A stretch of 64,000 nucleotides of DNA, from the NCBI GenBank assembly GCA_051362555.1, contig CM120640.1, positions 41,766,788 through 41,830,787 on the forward strand, written 5' to 3'. Under the pieces are notes generated by a model that saw only the letters and a program-made list of their open reading frames with translations, was not told the DNA's origin and did no database searches. Source of the stretch: Lingula anatina (taxonomy: Eukaryota > Animalia > Brachiopoda). This document shows positions 62,551 to 64,000 of the stretch, piece after piece. The number at the start of each line of letters is the position of its first letter. The first letter of the stretch is position 1. Both the position numbers and the translations under genes were made by a program.

Positions 62551-64000
62551 TAGGTATATTCTGGTCAATTTGCACTCATTCCGTGTATGAACGTCTTCTG
62601 TCTCTTAGTCCTAGTAAATTTAACCAAAGGGGGAATTATTAATAGAAAAATAAAGCATAGGGCTTGTTGGTCTGAATGAATATTTGCAACTGAGAATGTT
62701 AAGTTCACTCCAGCATTCAAAAGTGGTGATTCATTCTTTTTCTCGTTTAATCCATAAAACATTAGGTCCACAATAAGTCGTACATTATTACCTCCGTCAA
62801 GAAGGTAATGTTTTGCTGGTCGTTCGTTTGTTTACAATATTTTCTAGTTATAAATCCCCGGTATAATAAGGTCACTGGCAAATGGAAAACCGAAAGACGC
62901 AACCAAACATAGTTTATTACTTTGCTTTTCCAATAATCACGTTTTTTGCTTCCGAGGTACAAAGAGACGTGCGAATGAAAAAGTAAGCTTTGAGTCTGAA
63001 ATGGTGCCACCTACACTGACTCATTTTATTGAATTTTATGCTTAATATTTGTCTTTTTCAGTAATTGTGTGCGGATGTTTCCTTGTTTTCCAAGCATTAC
63101 CAAGAGATGTTGCTATCCTAGCAATTCAACCCCGAGAAACGGGTGTATTTAAGGGTGTATTTCTCAAAGGCTGGTATCCTGCATTGCGCCATACTACCAC
63201 AAGGTCGTTAATAAATGTTTTTTCAATGTCAATTGCATTTTTCCTTTTCCTTTGAGGGATTGAAATGAACTCGAGCAACTGAACCAAATACAGTGTTATG
63301 CCTCGGCTGATGCGTGAGTCATATATTCTCTTGTACGAAAAACATACAAAAACTACCAGCACGAGGCATTAATTCACACTTTTAAGTGTTAAAACCCGTG
63401 TGTCTTACGTGTTCTTACAGCAACTGGTGGTTTGTGTTTGCGTAGCCTGGTCAATTCATCATGTAAGTCTTTATTCGATTACCTGGTCATTGTTTTCAAA
63501 GATGTCTATTTGGATAAAATATCTGCAAGTGTTTGGGTAATAGCCAGAGGGCACCTCTTGCTTCCAGCGCTAGTTCCGCAGCCTCCCAGTAGCCTGTTTT
63601 GAAACGTTTTTATTTAGTCAGTGGGTGGTAAAATTCAAAACAAACCAGCAGCGGCGTGTATTGTTTTGAAATGTGTTTTGCAATCCACTGCGCCACCTTA
63701 TTGCATATTTTGTCAGGTTCGCAATTTCAGACACAGTCCTATGTTGCCAAATGTGTTTCAGACGTTCTAACTTGTTTCCTCTGCAGGACGCTCAAATCGG
63801 GGGTGTTTACTTTGAACTTGAACACAGTGATATCCATATCAGTGTAGACACTCTCAGTATTTCATTAATGATTGATATTGCCAAGAAGTTGGCCATCATA
63901 TAGGAATAAAACGATGATTCAGAGAAGCAATTATTTTGAACACATCGATTGCCAGACTGCGCTCCGGTGAACAAGTTATTGAATCTTTTTGATCGCGCGT

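Overview
AT-rich, spliced eukaryotic DNA, probably from a marine invertebrate (lophotrochozoan-like; taxon inferred only). It is not prokaryotic: no CRISPR arrays, operons, rRNA or tRNA genes were seen. Four protein-coding genes are supported. (1) A minus-strand PDIK1L/STK35-like Ser/Thr kinase (ATG at 1299) that runs off the left edge and is absent from the ORF track; its catalytic-loop Asn is replaced by His (HRDLKPEH). (2) An 8-exon minus-strand DCAF10/WDR32 gene (11494..3469, 776 aa as I splice it) with a ~350-aa disordered insertion. (3, 4) Two paralogous class A GPCRs with single coding exons (19407..20687 and 56063..57259, both +) that share a non-canonical NQY motif in place of DRY and an ECL3 CxxC-x3-H motif. 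The apparently empty DNA around the GPCRs contains many heavily decayed retroelement relics, recognised by manual translation of ordered RT/endonuclease motifs: three Penelope-like elements (one Neptune-type RT-EN, one Naiad-type EN-RT, one Naiad-like RT), one RTE, one L1/Tx1-like and several CR1/L2-like fragments. There are also MITE-like hairpins and microsatellites. All calls are by eye, with no database searches, and relic boundaries are approximate. I found no fully novel system. The best leads are the NQY/CxxC GPCR pair, the atypical kinase and the Penelope relics.
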